In this document: positions 1-11,042 of the stretch, one piece after another
How positions within the stretch are numbered: the first letter of the stretch is position 1
Layout of the letters: each line of letters begins with the position of its first letter
DNA from: the human T2T-CHM13v2.0 reference genome, Homo sapiens
NCBI RefSeq assembly: GCF_009914755.1
Contig: NC_060927.1
DNA length: 64,000 bases
Strand: one strand, 5' to 3'
Made by a program: the position numbers and the translations under genes
Notes under the pieces: model-generated
Told to the model about the DNA's origin: nothing
Database searches by the model: none
Seen by the model: the letters and a program-made list of their open reading frames with translations, nothing else

Positions 1-1696
1 TCTTCTGTCTAGCATTATGTGAAGAAATCCCGTTTCCAACGAAAGCCTCAAAGAGGTCCAAATATCCAGTTGCAGAATTTACAAACTGACTGTTTCCAAA
101 CTCATCTATGAAAAGAAAGGTTAAACTGTGAGTTGAATGCACATATCACAAAGTAGTTCCTGAGAATGATTCTGTCTAGTTTTTATACGAAGATATTTCC
201 TTTTCCACCACTGCCCTCAAGGTGCTTGAAATCTCCCCTTGCAAATTCCACAAAAGTGTTTCAAATCTGCACTGTCTAAAGGAAGGTTCAAACCTGTGAG
301 TTGAATACACACACACAAAAAAAATTCACTGAGAATTCTACTGTCTATCATTACACGAAGAAATCCCGTTTACTACGAATGCCTCAAAGAGGTCCAAATA
401 TCCAGTTGCAGACAATACAAACTGAGTGTTTCCAAAGTGCTCTATGAAAAGAAGTGTTAAACACTGTGAGTTCAATGCACACATCCCAAAGCAGTTTCTG
501 AGAATGATTCCGTCTATTTTTTCTACGAAGATATTTCCTTTTCTACCGTTGGCCTCAAAGCACTTGAATTCTCCACTTGCAAATACCACAAAAAGAGAGT
601 TTCAAATCTGCTCTGTCTAAAGGAAGGTTCAACTCTGTGAGTTGAATACACACCAGAAAAAGCAGTTACTGAGAATTCTTCTGTCCAGCATTATATGAAG
701 AAATCCTTTTTCCAACGAAGACTTCAAAGAAGTCCAAAAAAATATCCACTTGAAGATTCTGCAAAAAGAGTGTTTCGAAACAACTGTATGAAAAGAAAGT
801 TAAACTCTGTGAGTTCAACGCACACATTGCAAAGCAGTTTCTGAGAATAATTCCGTCTAATTATTATACGAAGGTATTTCCGTTTCTATCATTGGCCTCA
901 AAGCGCTTGATATCTCCACCTGAAAATTCCACAAAAAGAGTGTTTCCAATCTACTCTGTCTAAAGGAACGTTCAACTCAGTGAGTTGAATACACACACAC
1001 AGAAAGAATTCACTGAGAATTCTTCTCTCTGGCATTTACATGAAGAAATCCCGTTTCCAACGAAGGCCTCAAAGAGGTCCAAATATCCACTTGCAGATTC
1101 TGCAAATAGAGTGTTTCAAAACCGCTCTATTAAAAGGAATGTTGAACTCTGTGAGTTGAACGCAAACATCACAACTCAGTTTCTGAGAATGCTTCTGTCT
1201 AGTTTTTATGGTCAGATATATCCTTTTCTACCGTAGGCTTCAATGCCCTCTAAATACACCCTTGCAAGTTCTACAAAGAGAGTGTTTCATAACTGCTCTA
1301 TAGAAAGAAAGGTTGAACTCTGTGAGTTGAATGCACAGATCACAACGTGGTTTCTGCGAATGATTCTTTGTAGTTTTTACATGAAGATATTTCGTTGTCT
1401 ACCGTAGGCTTCAAAGCACTCAAAGTATGCACTTGGAAGTTTTACAAAAAGAGTGTTAGAAAACTGCTCTTTCCAAAGTAAGGTTCAACTCTGTGAGTTG
1501 AATGCACACATAACAAACAAGAAGTTTCTGAGAATTCTTCTGTCCTGGTTTATATGAAGAAATCCCGTTTCCAACGAAGGCCTCAAAGACGTTCAAATAT
1601 CCACTTGCAGACTTCATAAACAGAGTGTTTCCAAACTGCTCTATGAAAAGAAAGGTTAAACTCTGAGTTGAACACACACATCACTAAGTAGTTTCT
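1..1696 (-). repeat. Divergent 13-mer HOR (partial, M4'-M17')
   Basis: It has the 13-mer diagnostics CCACCACTGCCCTCAAGG, GACAATACAAAC, TCCTTTTTCCAACGAAG and TATGGTCAGAT, and lacks M8-M10. Confidence 0.88.
28..44 (-). other. CENP-B box (representative; intact boxes recur in most B-type monomers throughout)
   Basis: TCCCGTTTCCAACGAAA is the reverse complement of TTTCGTTGGAAACGGGA, matching YTTCGTTGGAARCGGGA. Confidence 0.95.
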
Positions 1697-2709
1697 GAGA
1701 ATGATACTGTTTAGTTTTTATACGAAGATATTTCCTTTTCTACCATTGACCTCAAATCGTAGAATTCTCCACTTGCAAATTCCACCAAAAGGGTGTTTCC
1801 AATCTGCTCTGTCTAAAGGAAGGTTCAACTCTGTGAGTTGAATACACACACACAAAGAAGCTACTGAGAATTCTTTTGTCAAGAATTATAAGAAATCCCG
1901 TTTCCAACGAAGGCCTCAAAGAGTTCGAAATATCCACTTGCAGACTGTACAAACTAAGTCTTTCCAAACTGCTCTATGAAAAAGAAATGTTCAACTCTGT
2001 GAGTTTAATGCACACATCACAAAGCAGTTTCTGAGAATGATTCCGTCTAGTTTTTATACGAAGGTAGCCTTTTCTACCATTGGCCTCAAAGCTCTTGAAA
2101 TCTCCACCTGAAAATTCGGCAAAAAGAGGGTTTCCAATCTGCTCTGTCTAAAGGAAGGTTCAACTCTCTGAGTTGAATACACACAACCCATAAGAAGTTA
2201 CTTAGAATTCTTCTGTCTAGAATTATGTGAAGAAATCCCGTTTCCAACGAAAGCCTCAAAGAGGTCCAAATATCCAGTTGCAGAATTACAAACTGAGTGT
2301 TTCCAAACTCCTCTATGAAAAGAAAGGTTAAACTCTGTGAGTTGAATGCACATATCACAAAGTAGTTCCTGAGAATGATTCTGTCTACTTTTTATACGAA
2401 CATATTTCCTTTTCCACCACTGGCCTCAAGGTGCTTGAAATCTACCCTTGCAAATTCCACAAAAAGTGTTTCAAATCTGCACTGTCTAAAGGAAAGTTCA
2501 ACCCTGTGAGTTGAATACACACACAAAGAAAAAATTCACTGAGAATTCTACTGTCTATCATTACACGAAGAAATCCCGTTTACTGCGAAGGCCTCAAAGA
2601 GGTCCAAATATCCAGTTGCAAACCTTACAAACTGAGTGTTTCCAAAGTGCTCTATGAAAAGAAGTGTTAAACACTGTGAGTTGAACGCACACATCACAAA
2701 GTAGTTTCT
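1697..2709 (-). repeat. Divergent 6-mer unit (M1'-M5' + M6/M17 hybrid), copy 1
   Basis: 1013 bp with private motifs AAATCGTAGAATTC, CCACCAAAAGGGTG, GAAAATTCGGC and TACGAACATATT. It recurs at 10030 and 18363. Confidence 0.88.
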
Positions 2710-5601
2710 GAGAATGATACTGTCTAGTTTTTATACGAAGATATTTCCTTTTGTACCATTGGCCTCATACTGCTAGAAATTTCCACTTGCAAATTCCACA
2801 AAAAGAGTGTTTCCAATCTGCTCTGTCTAAAGGAAGGTTCAACTCTGTGAGTTGAGTACACACACACAAAGAAGCTACTGAGAATTCTTTTGTCAAGAAT
2901 TATAAGAAGAAATCCCGTTTCCAACGAAGGCCTCAAAGAGTTCCAAATATCCACTTGCACACTGCACAAACTAAGTCTTTCCAAACTGCTCTATGCAAAG
3001 AAATGTTCAACTCTGTGAGTTTAATACACACATCACAAAGCAGTTTCTGAGAATGATGCTGTCTAGTTTTTATACGAAGATATTTCCTTTTGTACCATTG
3101 GCCTCATACTGCTATAATTTTCCACTTGCAAATTCCACAAAAAGAGTGTTTCCCATCCGCTCTGTCTAAAGGAAGGTTCAACTCTCTGATTTGAATACAT
3201 ACATCCCAAAAGAAGTTACTGAGAATTCTTCTGTCTAGCATTATGTGAAGAAATCCCGTTTCCAACGAAAGCCTCAAAGAGGCCCAAATATCCAGTTGCA
3301 GAATTTACAAACTGACTGTTTCCAAACTCATCTATGAAAAGAAAGGTTAAACTCTGTGAGTTGAATGCACATATCACAAAGTAGTTCCTGAGAATGATTC
3401 TGTCTAGTTTTTATACGAAGATATTTCCTTTTCCACCAATGGCCTCAAAGTGCTTGAAATCTCCCCTTGCAAATTCCACAGACAAGTGTCTCAAATCTGC
3501 ACTGTCTAAAGGAAGGTTCAACCCTGTGAGTTGAATACACACACACAGAAAAAAATTCACTGAGAATTCTATTGTCTATCATTACACGAAGAAATCCCGT
3601 TTACTACGAAGGCCTCAAAGAGGTCCAAATATCCAGCTGCAGACATTACAAACTGAGTGTTTCCAAAGTGCTCTATGAAAAGAAGTGTTAAACACTGTGA
3701 GTTCAATGCACACATCCCAAAGCAGTTTCTGAGAATGATTCCGTCTATTTTTTCTACGAAGATATTTCCTTTTCTACCGTTGGCCTCAAAGCGCTTGAAA
3801 TCTCCACTTGCAAATTCCACAAAAAGAGAGTTTCAAATCTGCTCTGTCTAAAGGAAGGTTCAACTCTGTGAGTTGAATACACACCACAAAAAGAAGTTAC
3901 TGAGAATTCTTCTGTCTAGCATTATATGAAAAATCCCGTTTCCAACGAAGGCCACAAAGAGGTCCAAATATCCACTTGCAGATTCTGCAAAAAGAGTGTT
4001 TCCAAACTGCTCTATGAAAAGAAACGTTAAACTCTGTGAGTTGAACGCAAACATCACAAAGTAGTTTCTGAGAATGACTCCGTCTAGTTTTTATACGAAG
4101 ATATTTCCTTTTCTACCATTCACTTCAAAGCGCTTGAAGTCTCCCCCTGAAAATTCCACAAAAAGTGTTTCCAATCTGCTCCGCCTAAAGGAAGCTTCAA
4201 CTCTGTGAGTTGAATACCCACAACCCAAAGAAGTTACTGAGAATTCTTCTGTCTAGCATTATATGAAGAAATCCCGTTTCCAACGAAGGCCTCAAATACA
4301 TCCAAATATCCAGTTGCTGACTTTACAAACTGAGTGTTTCCAAACTGCTCTATGAAAAGAAAGGTTAAACACTGTGAGTTGAACACACACGTACCAAAGT
4401 AGTTTCTGAGAATGATTCTGTCTAGTTTGCATACGAAGATATTTCCTTTTCTACCATTGGCCTCAAAGCTTTGAAATCTCCACTTGCAAATTCCACAAAA
4501 AGAGAGTTTCAACTCTGCTGTTTCTAAAGGAAAGTTCAACTCTGAGAGTTGAATACACACCAGAAAAAGCAGTTACTGAGAAGTCTTCTGTCTAGCATTA
4601 TATGAAGATATCCCATTTCCAACGAAGACTTCAAAGAGGCCCAAATATCCACTTGCAGATTCTGCAAAAAGAGTGTTTCGAAACAACTGTATGAAAAGAA
4701 AGGTTAAACACTGTGAGTTGAACGCACACATTGCAAAGCAGTTTCTGAAAATGATTCCGTCTAATTATTATACGAAGGTATTTCCTTTTCTATCATTGGC
4801 CTCAAAGCGCTTGATACCTCCACCTGAAAATTCCACAAAAAGAGTGTTTCCAATTTACTCTGTCTAAAGGAACGTTCAACTCTGTGAGTTGAATACACAC
4901 ACACAGAAAGAATTCACTGAGAATTCTTCTGTCTGGCATTACATGAAGAAATCCCGTTTCCAACGAAGGCCTCAAAGAGGTCCAAATATCCACTTGCAGA
5001 TTCTGCAAAAAGAGTGTTTCAAAACCGCTCCATTAAAAGGAATGTTTAACTCTGTGAGTTGAATGCAAACATCACAACTCAGTTTCTGAGAATGCTTCTG
5101 ACTAGATTTTATGGTAAGATATTTCCTTTTCTACCGTAGGCTTCAATGCCCTGTAAATACACCCTTGCAAATTCTACAAAGAGACTGCTTCATAACTGCT
5201 CTATAGGAAGAAAGGTTCAACTCTGTGAGTTGAATGCAGAGATCACAACGTGGTTTCTGCGAATGATTCTTTGTAGTTTTTACATGAAGATATTTCGTTG
5301 TCTACCGTAGGCTTCAAAGCACTCAAAGTATTCACTTGGAACTTTCACAAAAAGAGTGTTAGAAAACTGCTCTTTCCAAAGTAAGGTTTAACTCTTTGAT
5401 TTGAATGCACACATAACAAACAAGAAGTTTCTGAGAATTCTTCTGTCCTGGTTTATATGAAGAAATCCCGTTTCCAACGAAGGCCTCAAAGACGTTTAAA
5501 TATCCACTTGCAGACTTCACAAACAGAGTGTTTCCAAACTGCTCTATGAACAGAAAGGGTAAACACTGTGAGCTGAACGCACACATCACAAAGTAGTTTC
5601 T
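2710..5601 (-). repeat. 17-mer HOR, left-domain subtype (intact M2 CENP-B box)
   Basis: 2892 bp with all 17 monomers. Subtype SNVs are CTAGAAATTTCC, GATGCTGTC, CTGAAAATGATT and CTTTGATTTG. Confidence 0.9.
3595..3611 (-). other. Variant CENP-B box of monomer M6 (core retained)
   Basis: TCCCGTTTACTACGAAG differs at two non-essential positions but keeps the 9-bp core NTTCGNNNNANNCGGGN. It is present once per HOR. Confidence 0.8.
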
Positions 5602-8600
5602 GAGAATGATACTGTCTAGTTTTTATACGAAGATATTTCCTTTTGTACCACTGGCCTCAAATCGCTAGAATTCTCCACTTGCAAATTCCACAAAAAGAGT
5701 GTTTCCAATCTGCTCTGTCTAAAGGAAGGTTCAACTCTGTGAGTTGAATACACACACACACAAAGAAGCTACTGAGAATTCTTTTGTCAAGAATTATAAG
5801 AAGAAATCCCGTTTCCAACGAAGGCCTCAAAGAGTTCCAAATATCCACTTGCAGACTGTACAAACTAAGTCTTTCCAAACTGCTCTATGCAAAGAAATGT
5901 TCAACTCTGTGAGTTTAATGCACACATCACAAAGCAGTTTCTGAGAATGATTCCGTCTAGTTTTTATACGAAGATAGCCGTTTCTACCATTGGCCTCAAG
6001 GCTCTTGAAATCTCCACCTGAAAATTCTGCAAAAAGCGTGTTTCCAATCTGCTCTGTCTAAAGGAAGGTTCAACTCTCTGAGTTAAATACACACAACCCA
6101 TAAGAAGTTACTGAGAATTCTTCTGTCTAGCATTATGTGAAGAAATCCCGTTTCCAACGAAAGCCTCAAAGAGGTCCAAATATCCAGTTGCAGAATTTAC
6201 AAACTGACTGTTTCCAAACTCATCTATGAAAAGAAAGGTTAAACTGTGAGTTGAATGCACATATCACAAAGTAGTTCCTGAGAATGATTCTGTCTAGTTT
6301 TTATACGAAGATATTTCCTTTTCCACCACTGCCCTCAAGGTGCTTGAAATCTCCCCTTGCAAATTCCACAAAAGTGTTTCAAATCTGCACTGTCTAAAGG
6401 AAGGTTCAAACCTGTGAGTTGAATACACACACACAAAAAAAATTCACTGAGAATTCTACTGTCTATCATTACACGAAGAAATCCCGTTTACTACGAATGC
6501 CTCAAAGAGGTCCAAATATCCAGTTGCAGACAATACAAACTGAGTGTTTCCAAAGTGCTCTATGAAAAGAAGTGTTAAACACTGTGAGTTCAATGCACAC
6601 ATCCCAAAGCAGTTTCTGAGAATGATTCCGTCTATTTTTTCTACGAAGATATTCCCTTTTCTACCGTTGGCCTCAAAGCACTTGAATTCTCCACTTGCAA
6701 ATACCACAAAAAGAGAGTTTCAAATCTGCTCTGTCTAAAGGAAGGTTCAACTCTGTGAGTTGAATACACACCAGAAAAAGCAGTTACTGAGAATTCTTCT
6801 GTCCAGCATTATATGAAGAAATCCTTTTTCCAACGAAGACTTCAAAGAAGTCCAAAAAAATATCCACTTGAAGATTCCGCAAAAAGAGTGTTTCGAAACA
6901 ACTGTATGAAAAGAAAGTTAAACTCTGTGAGTTCAACGCACACATTGCAAAGCAGTTTCTGAGAATGATTCCGTCTAATTATTATACGAAGGTATTTCCG
7001 TTTCTATCATTGGCCTCAAAGCGCTTGATATCTCCACCTGAAAATTCCACAAAAAGAGTGTTTCCAATCTACTCTGTCTAAAGGAACGTTCAACTCGGTG
7101 AGTTGAATACACACACACAGAAAGAATTCACTGAGAATTCTTCTGTCTGGCATTTACATGAAGAAATCCCGTTTCCAACGAAGGCCTCAAAGAGGTCCAA
7201 ATATCCACTTGCAGATTCTGCAAATAGAGTGTTTCAAAACCGCTCTATTAAAAGGAATGTTGAACTCTGTGAGTTGAACGCAAACATCACAACTCAGTTT
7301 CTGAGAATGCTTCTGTCTAGTTTTTATGGTCAGATATTTCCTTTTCTACCGTAGGCTTCAATGCCCTCTAAATACACCCTTGCAAGTTCTACAAAGAGAG
7401 TGTTTCATAACTGCTCTATAGAAAGAAAGGTTGAACTCTGTGAGTTGAATGCACAGATCACAACGTGGTTTCTGCGAATGATTCTTTGTAGTTTTTACAT
7501 GAAGATATTTCGTTGTCTACCGTAGGCTTCAAAGCACTCAAAGTATGCACTTGGAAGTTTTACAAAAAGAGTGTTAGAAAACTGCTCTTTCCAAAGTAAG
7601 GTTCAACTCTGTGAGTTGAATGCACACATAACAAAGAAGAAGTTTCTGAGAATTCTTCTGTCCTGGTTTATATGAAGAAATCCCGTTTCCAACGAAGGCC
7701 TCAAAGACGTTTAAATATCCACTTGCAGACTACACAAACAGAGTGTTTCCAAACTGCTCTATGAAAAGAAAGGGTAAACACAGTGAGTTGAACGCACACA
7801 TCACAAAGTAGTTTCTGAGAATGATACTGTCTAGTTTTTATACGAAGATATTTCCTTTTGTACCCCTGGCCTCAAATCGCTAGAATTCTCCACTTGCAAA
7901 TTCCACAAAAAGAGTGTTTCCAATCTGCTCTGTCTAAAGGAAGGTTCAACTCTGTGAGTTGAAGACACACACACACAAAGAAGCTACTGAGAATTCTTTT
8001 GTCAAGAATTATAAGAAGAAATCCCGTTTCCAACGAAGGCCTCAAAGAGTTCCAAATATCCACTTGCACACTGTACAAACTAAGTCTTTCCAAACTGCTC
8101 TAGGCAAAGAAATGTTCAACTCTGTGAGTTTAATGCACACATCACAAAGCAGTTTCTGAGAATGATTCCATCTAGTTTTTATACGAAGATAGCCGTTTCT
8201 ACCATTGACCTCAAGGCTCTTGAAATCTCCACCTGAAAATTCTGCAAAAAGCGTGTTTCCAATCTGCTCTGTCTAAAGGAAGGTTCAACTCTCTGAGTTA
8301 AATACACACAACCCATAAGAAGTTACTGAGAATTCTTCTGTCTAGCATTATGTGAAGAAATCCCGTTTCCAACGAAAGCCTCAAAGAGGTCCAAATATCC
8401 AGTTGCAGAATTTACAAACTGACTGTTTCCAAACTCATCTATGAAAAGAAAGGTTAAACTGTGAGTTGAATGCACATATCACAAAGTAGTTCCTGAGAAT
8501 GATTCTGTCTAGTTTTTATACGAAGATATTTCCTTTTCCACCACTGCCCTCAAGGTGCTTGAAATCTCCCCTTGCAAATTCCACAAAAGTGTTTCAAATC

Positions 8601-10029
8601 TGCACTGTCTAAAGGAAGGTTCAAACCTGTGAGTTGAATACACACACACAAAAAAAATTCACTGAGAATTCTACTGTCTATCATTACACGAAGAAATCCC
8701 GTTTACTACGAATGCCTCAAAGAGGTCCAAATATCCAGTTGCAGACAATACAAACTGAGTGTTTCCAAAGTGCTCTATGAAAAGAAGTGTTAAACACTGT
8801 GAGTTCAATGCACACATCCCAAAGCAGTTTCTGAGAATGATTCCGTCTATTTTTTCTACGAAGATATTTCCTTTTCTACCGTTGGCCTCAAAGCACTTGA
8901 ATTCTCCACTTGCAAATACCACAAAAAGAGAGTTTCAAATCTGCTCTGTCTAAAGGAAGGTTCAACTCTGTGAGTTGAATACACACCAGAAAAAGCAGTT
9001 ACTGAGAATTCTTCTGTCCAGCATTAAATGAAGAAATCCTTTTTCCAACGAAGACTTCAAAGAAGTCCAAAAAAATATCCACTTGAAGATTCTGCAAAAA
9101 GAGTGTTTCGAAACAACTGTATGAAAAGAAAGTTAAACTCTGTGAGTTCAACGCACACATTGCAAAGCAGTTTCTGAGAATGATTCCGTCTAATTATTAT
9201 ACGAAGGTATTTCCGTTTCTATCATTGGCCTCAAAGCGCTTGATATCTCCACCTGAAAATTCCACAAAAAGAGTGTTTCCAATCTACTCTGTCTAAAGGA
9301 ACGTTCAACTCGGTGAGTTGAATACACACACACAGAAAGAATTCACTGAGAATTCTTCTGTCTGGCATTTACATGAAGAAATCCCGTTTCCAACGAAGGC
9401 CTCAAAGAGGTCCAAATATCCACTTGCAGATTCTGCAAATAGAGTGTTTCAAAACCGCTCTATTAAAAGGAATGTTGAACTCTGTGAGTTGAACGCAAAC
9501 ATCACAACTCAGTTTCTGAGAATGCTTCTGTCTAGTTTTTATGGTCAGATATTTCCTTTTCTACCATAGGCTTCAATGCCCTCTAAATACACCCTTGCAA
9601 ATTCTACAAAGAGAGTGTTTCATAACTGCTCTATAGAAAGAAAGGTTGAACTCTGTGAGTTGAATGCACAGATCACAACGTGGTTTCTGCGAAAGATTCT
9701 TTGTAGTTTTTACATGAAGATATTTCGTTGTCTACCGTAGGCTTCAAAGCACTCAAAGTATGCACTTGGAAGTTTTACAAAAAGAGTGTTAGAAAACTGC
9801 TCTTTCCAAAGTAAGGTTCAACTCTGTGAGTTGAATGCACACATAACAAAGAAGAAGTTTCTGAGAATTCTTCTGTCCTGGTTTATATGAAGAAATCCCG
9901 TTTCCAACGAAGGCCTCAAAGACGTTCAAATATCCACTTGCAGACTTCATAAACAGAGTGTTTCCAAACTGCTCTATGAAAAGAAAGGTTAAACTCTGAG
10001 TTGAACACACACATCACTAAGTAGTTTCT
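5602..10029 (-). repeat. Two tandem divergent 13-mer HORs (5602-7816, 7817-10029)
   Basis: Marker ORFs 6456/8671 and 5657/7872 are 2215 bp apart, and each unit has 13 monomers. Confidence 0.9.
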
Positions 10030-11042
10030 GAGAATGATACTGTTTAGTTTTTATACGAAGATATTTCCTTTTCTACCATTGACCTCAAATCGTAGAATTC
10101 TCCACTTGCAAATTCCACCAAAAGGGTGTTTCCAATCTGCTCTGTCTAAAGGAAGGTTCAACTCTGTGAGTTGAATACACACACACAAAGAAGCTACTGA
10201 GAATTCTTTTGTCAAGTATTATAAGAAATCCCGTTTCCAACGAAGGCCTCAAAGAGTTCCAAATATCCACTTGCAGACTGTACAAACTAAGTCTTTCCAA
10301 ACTGCTCTATGAAAAAGAAATGTTCAACTCTGTGAGTTTAATGCACACATCACAAAGCAGTTTCTGAGAATGATTCCGTCTAGTTTTTATACGAAGATAG
10401 CCTTTTCTACCATTGGCCTCAAAGCTCTTGAAATCTCCACCTGAAAATTCGGCAAAAAGAGGGTTTCCAATCTGCTCTGTCTAAAGGAAGGTTCAACTCT
10501 CTGAGTTGAATACACACAACCCATAAGAAGTTACTTAGAATTCTTCTGTCTAGAATTATGTGAAGAAATCCCGTTTCCAACGAAAGCCTCAAAGAGGTCC
10601 AAATATCCAGTTGCAGAATTACAAACTGAGTGTTTCCAAACTCCTCTATGAAAAGAAAGGTTAAACTCTGTGAGTTGAATGCACATATCACAAACTAGTT
10701 CCTGAGAATGATTCTGTCTACTTTTTATACGAACATATTTCCTTTTCCACCACTGGCCTCAAGGTGCTTGAAATCTCCCCTTGCAAATTACACAAAAAGT
10801 GTTTCAAATCTGCACTGTCTAAAGGAAAGTTCAACCCTGTGAGTTGAATACACACACAAAAAAAAAATTCACTGAGAATTCTACTGTCAATCATTACACG
10901 AAGAAATCCCGTTTACTACGAAGGCCTCAAAGAGGTCCAAATATCCAGTTGCAAACCTTACAAACTGAGTGTTTCCAAAGTGCTCTATGAAAAGAAGTGT
11001 TAAACACTGTGAGTTGAACGCACACATCACAAAGTAGTTTCT
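10030..11042 (-). repeat. Divergent 6-mer unit, copy 2
   Basis: Same private motifs as 1697-2709, at +8333. Confidence 0.88.

Noticed and set aside
305-325. (CA)n and poly-A runs as microsatellites or retroposon tails
   Set aside because: They are short and occur at a fixed monomer position in every HOR, so they are intrinsic to the alphoid monomers.
1389-1408. TTTCGTTG in M16 resembling a CENP-B box on the opposite (+) strand
   Set aside because: The sequence continues TCTACCGTAG and lacks the essential A and CGGG, so it is a variant A-box site.
338-3568. Apparent 19-mer HOR (3231 bp marker spacing)
   Set aside because: This is an artefact of marker choice. Parsing from M1 resolves it as a 13-mer plus a 6-mer.
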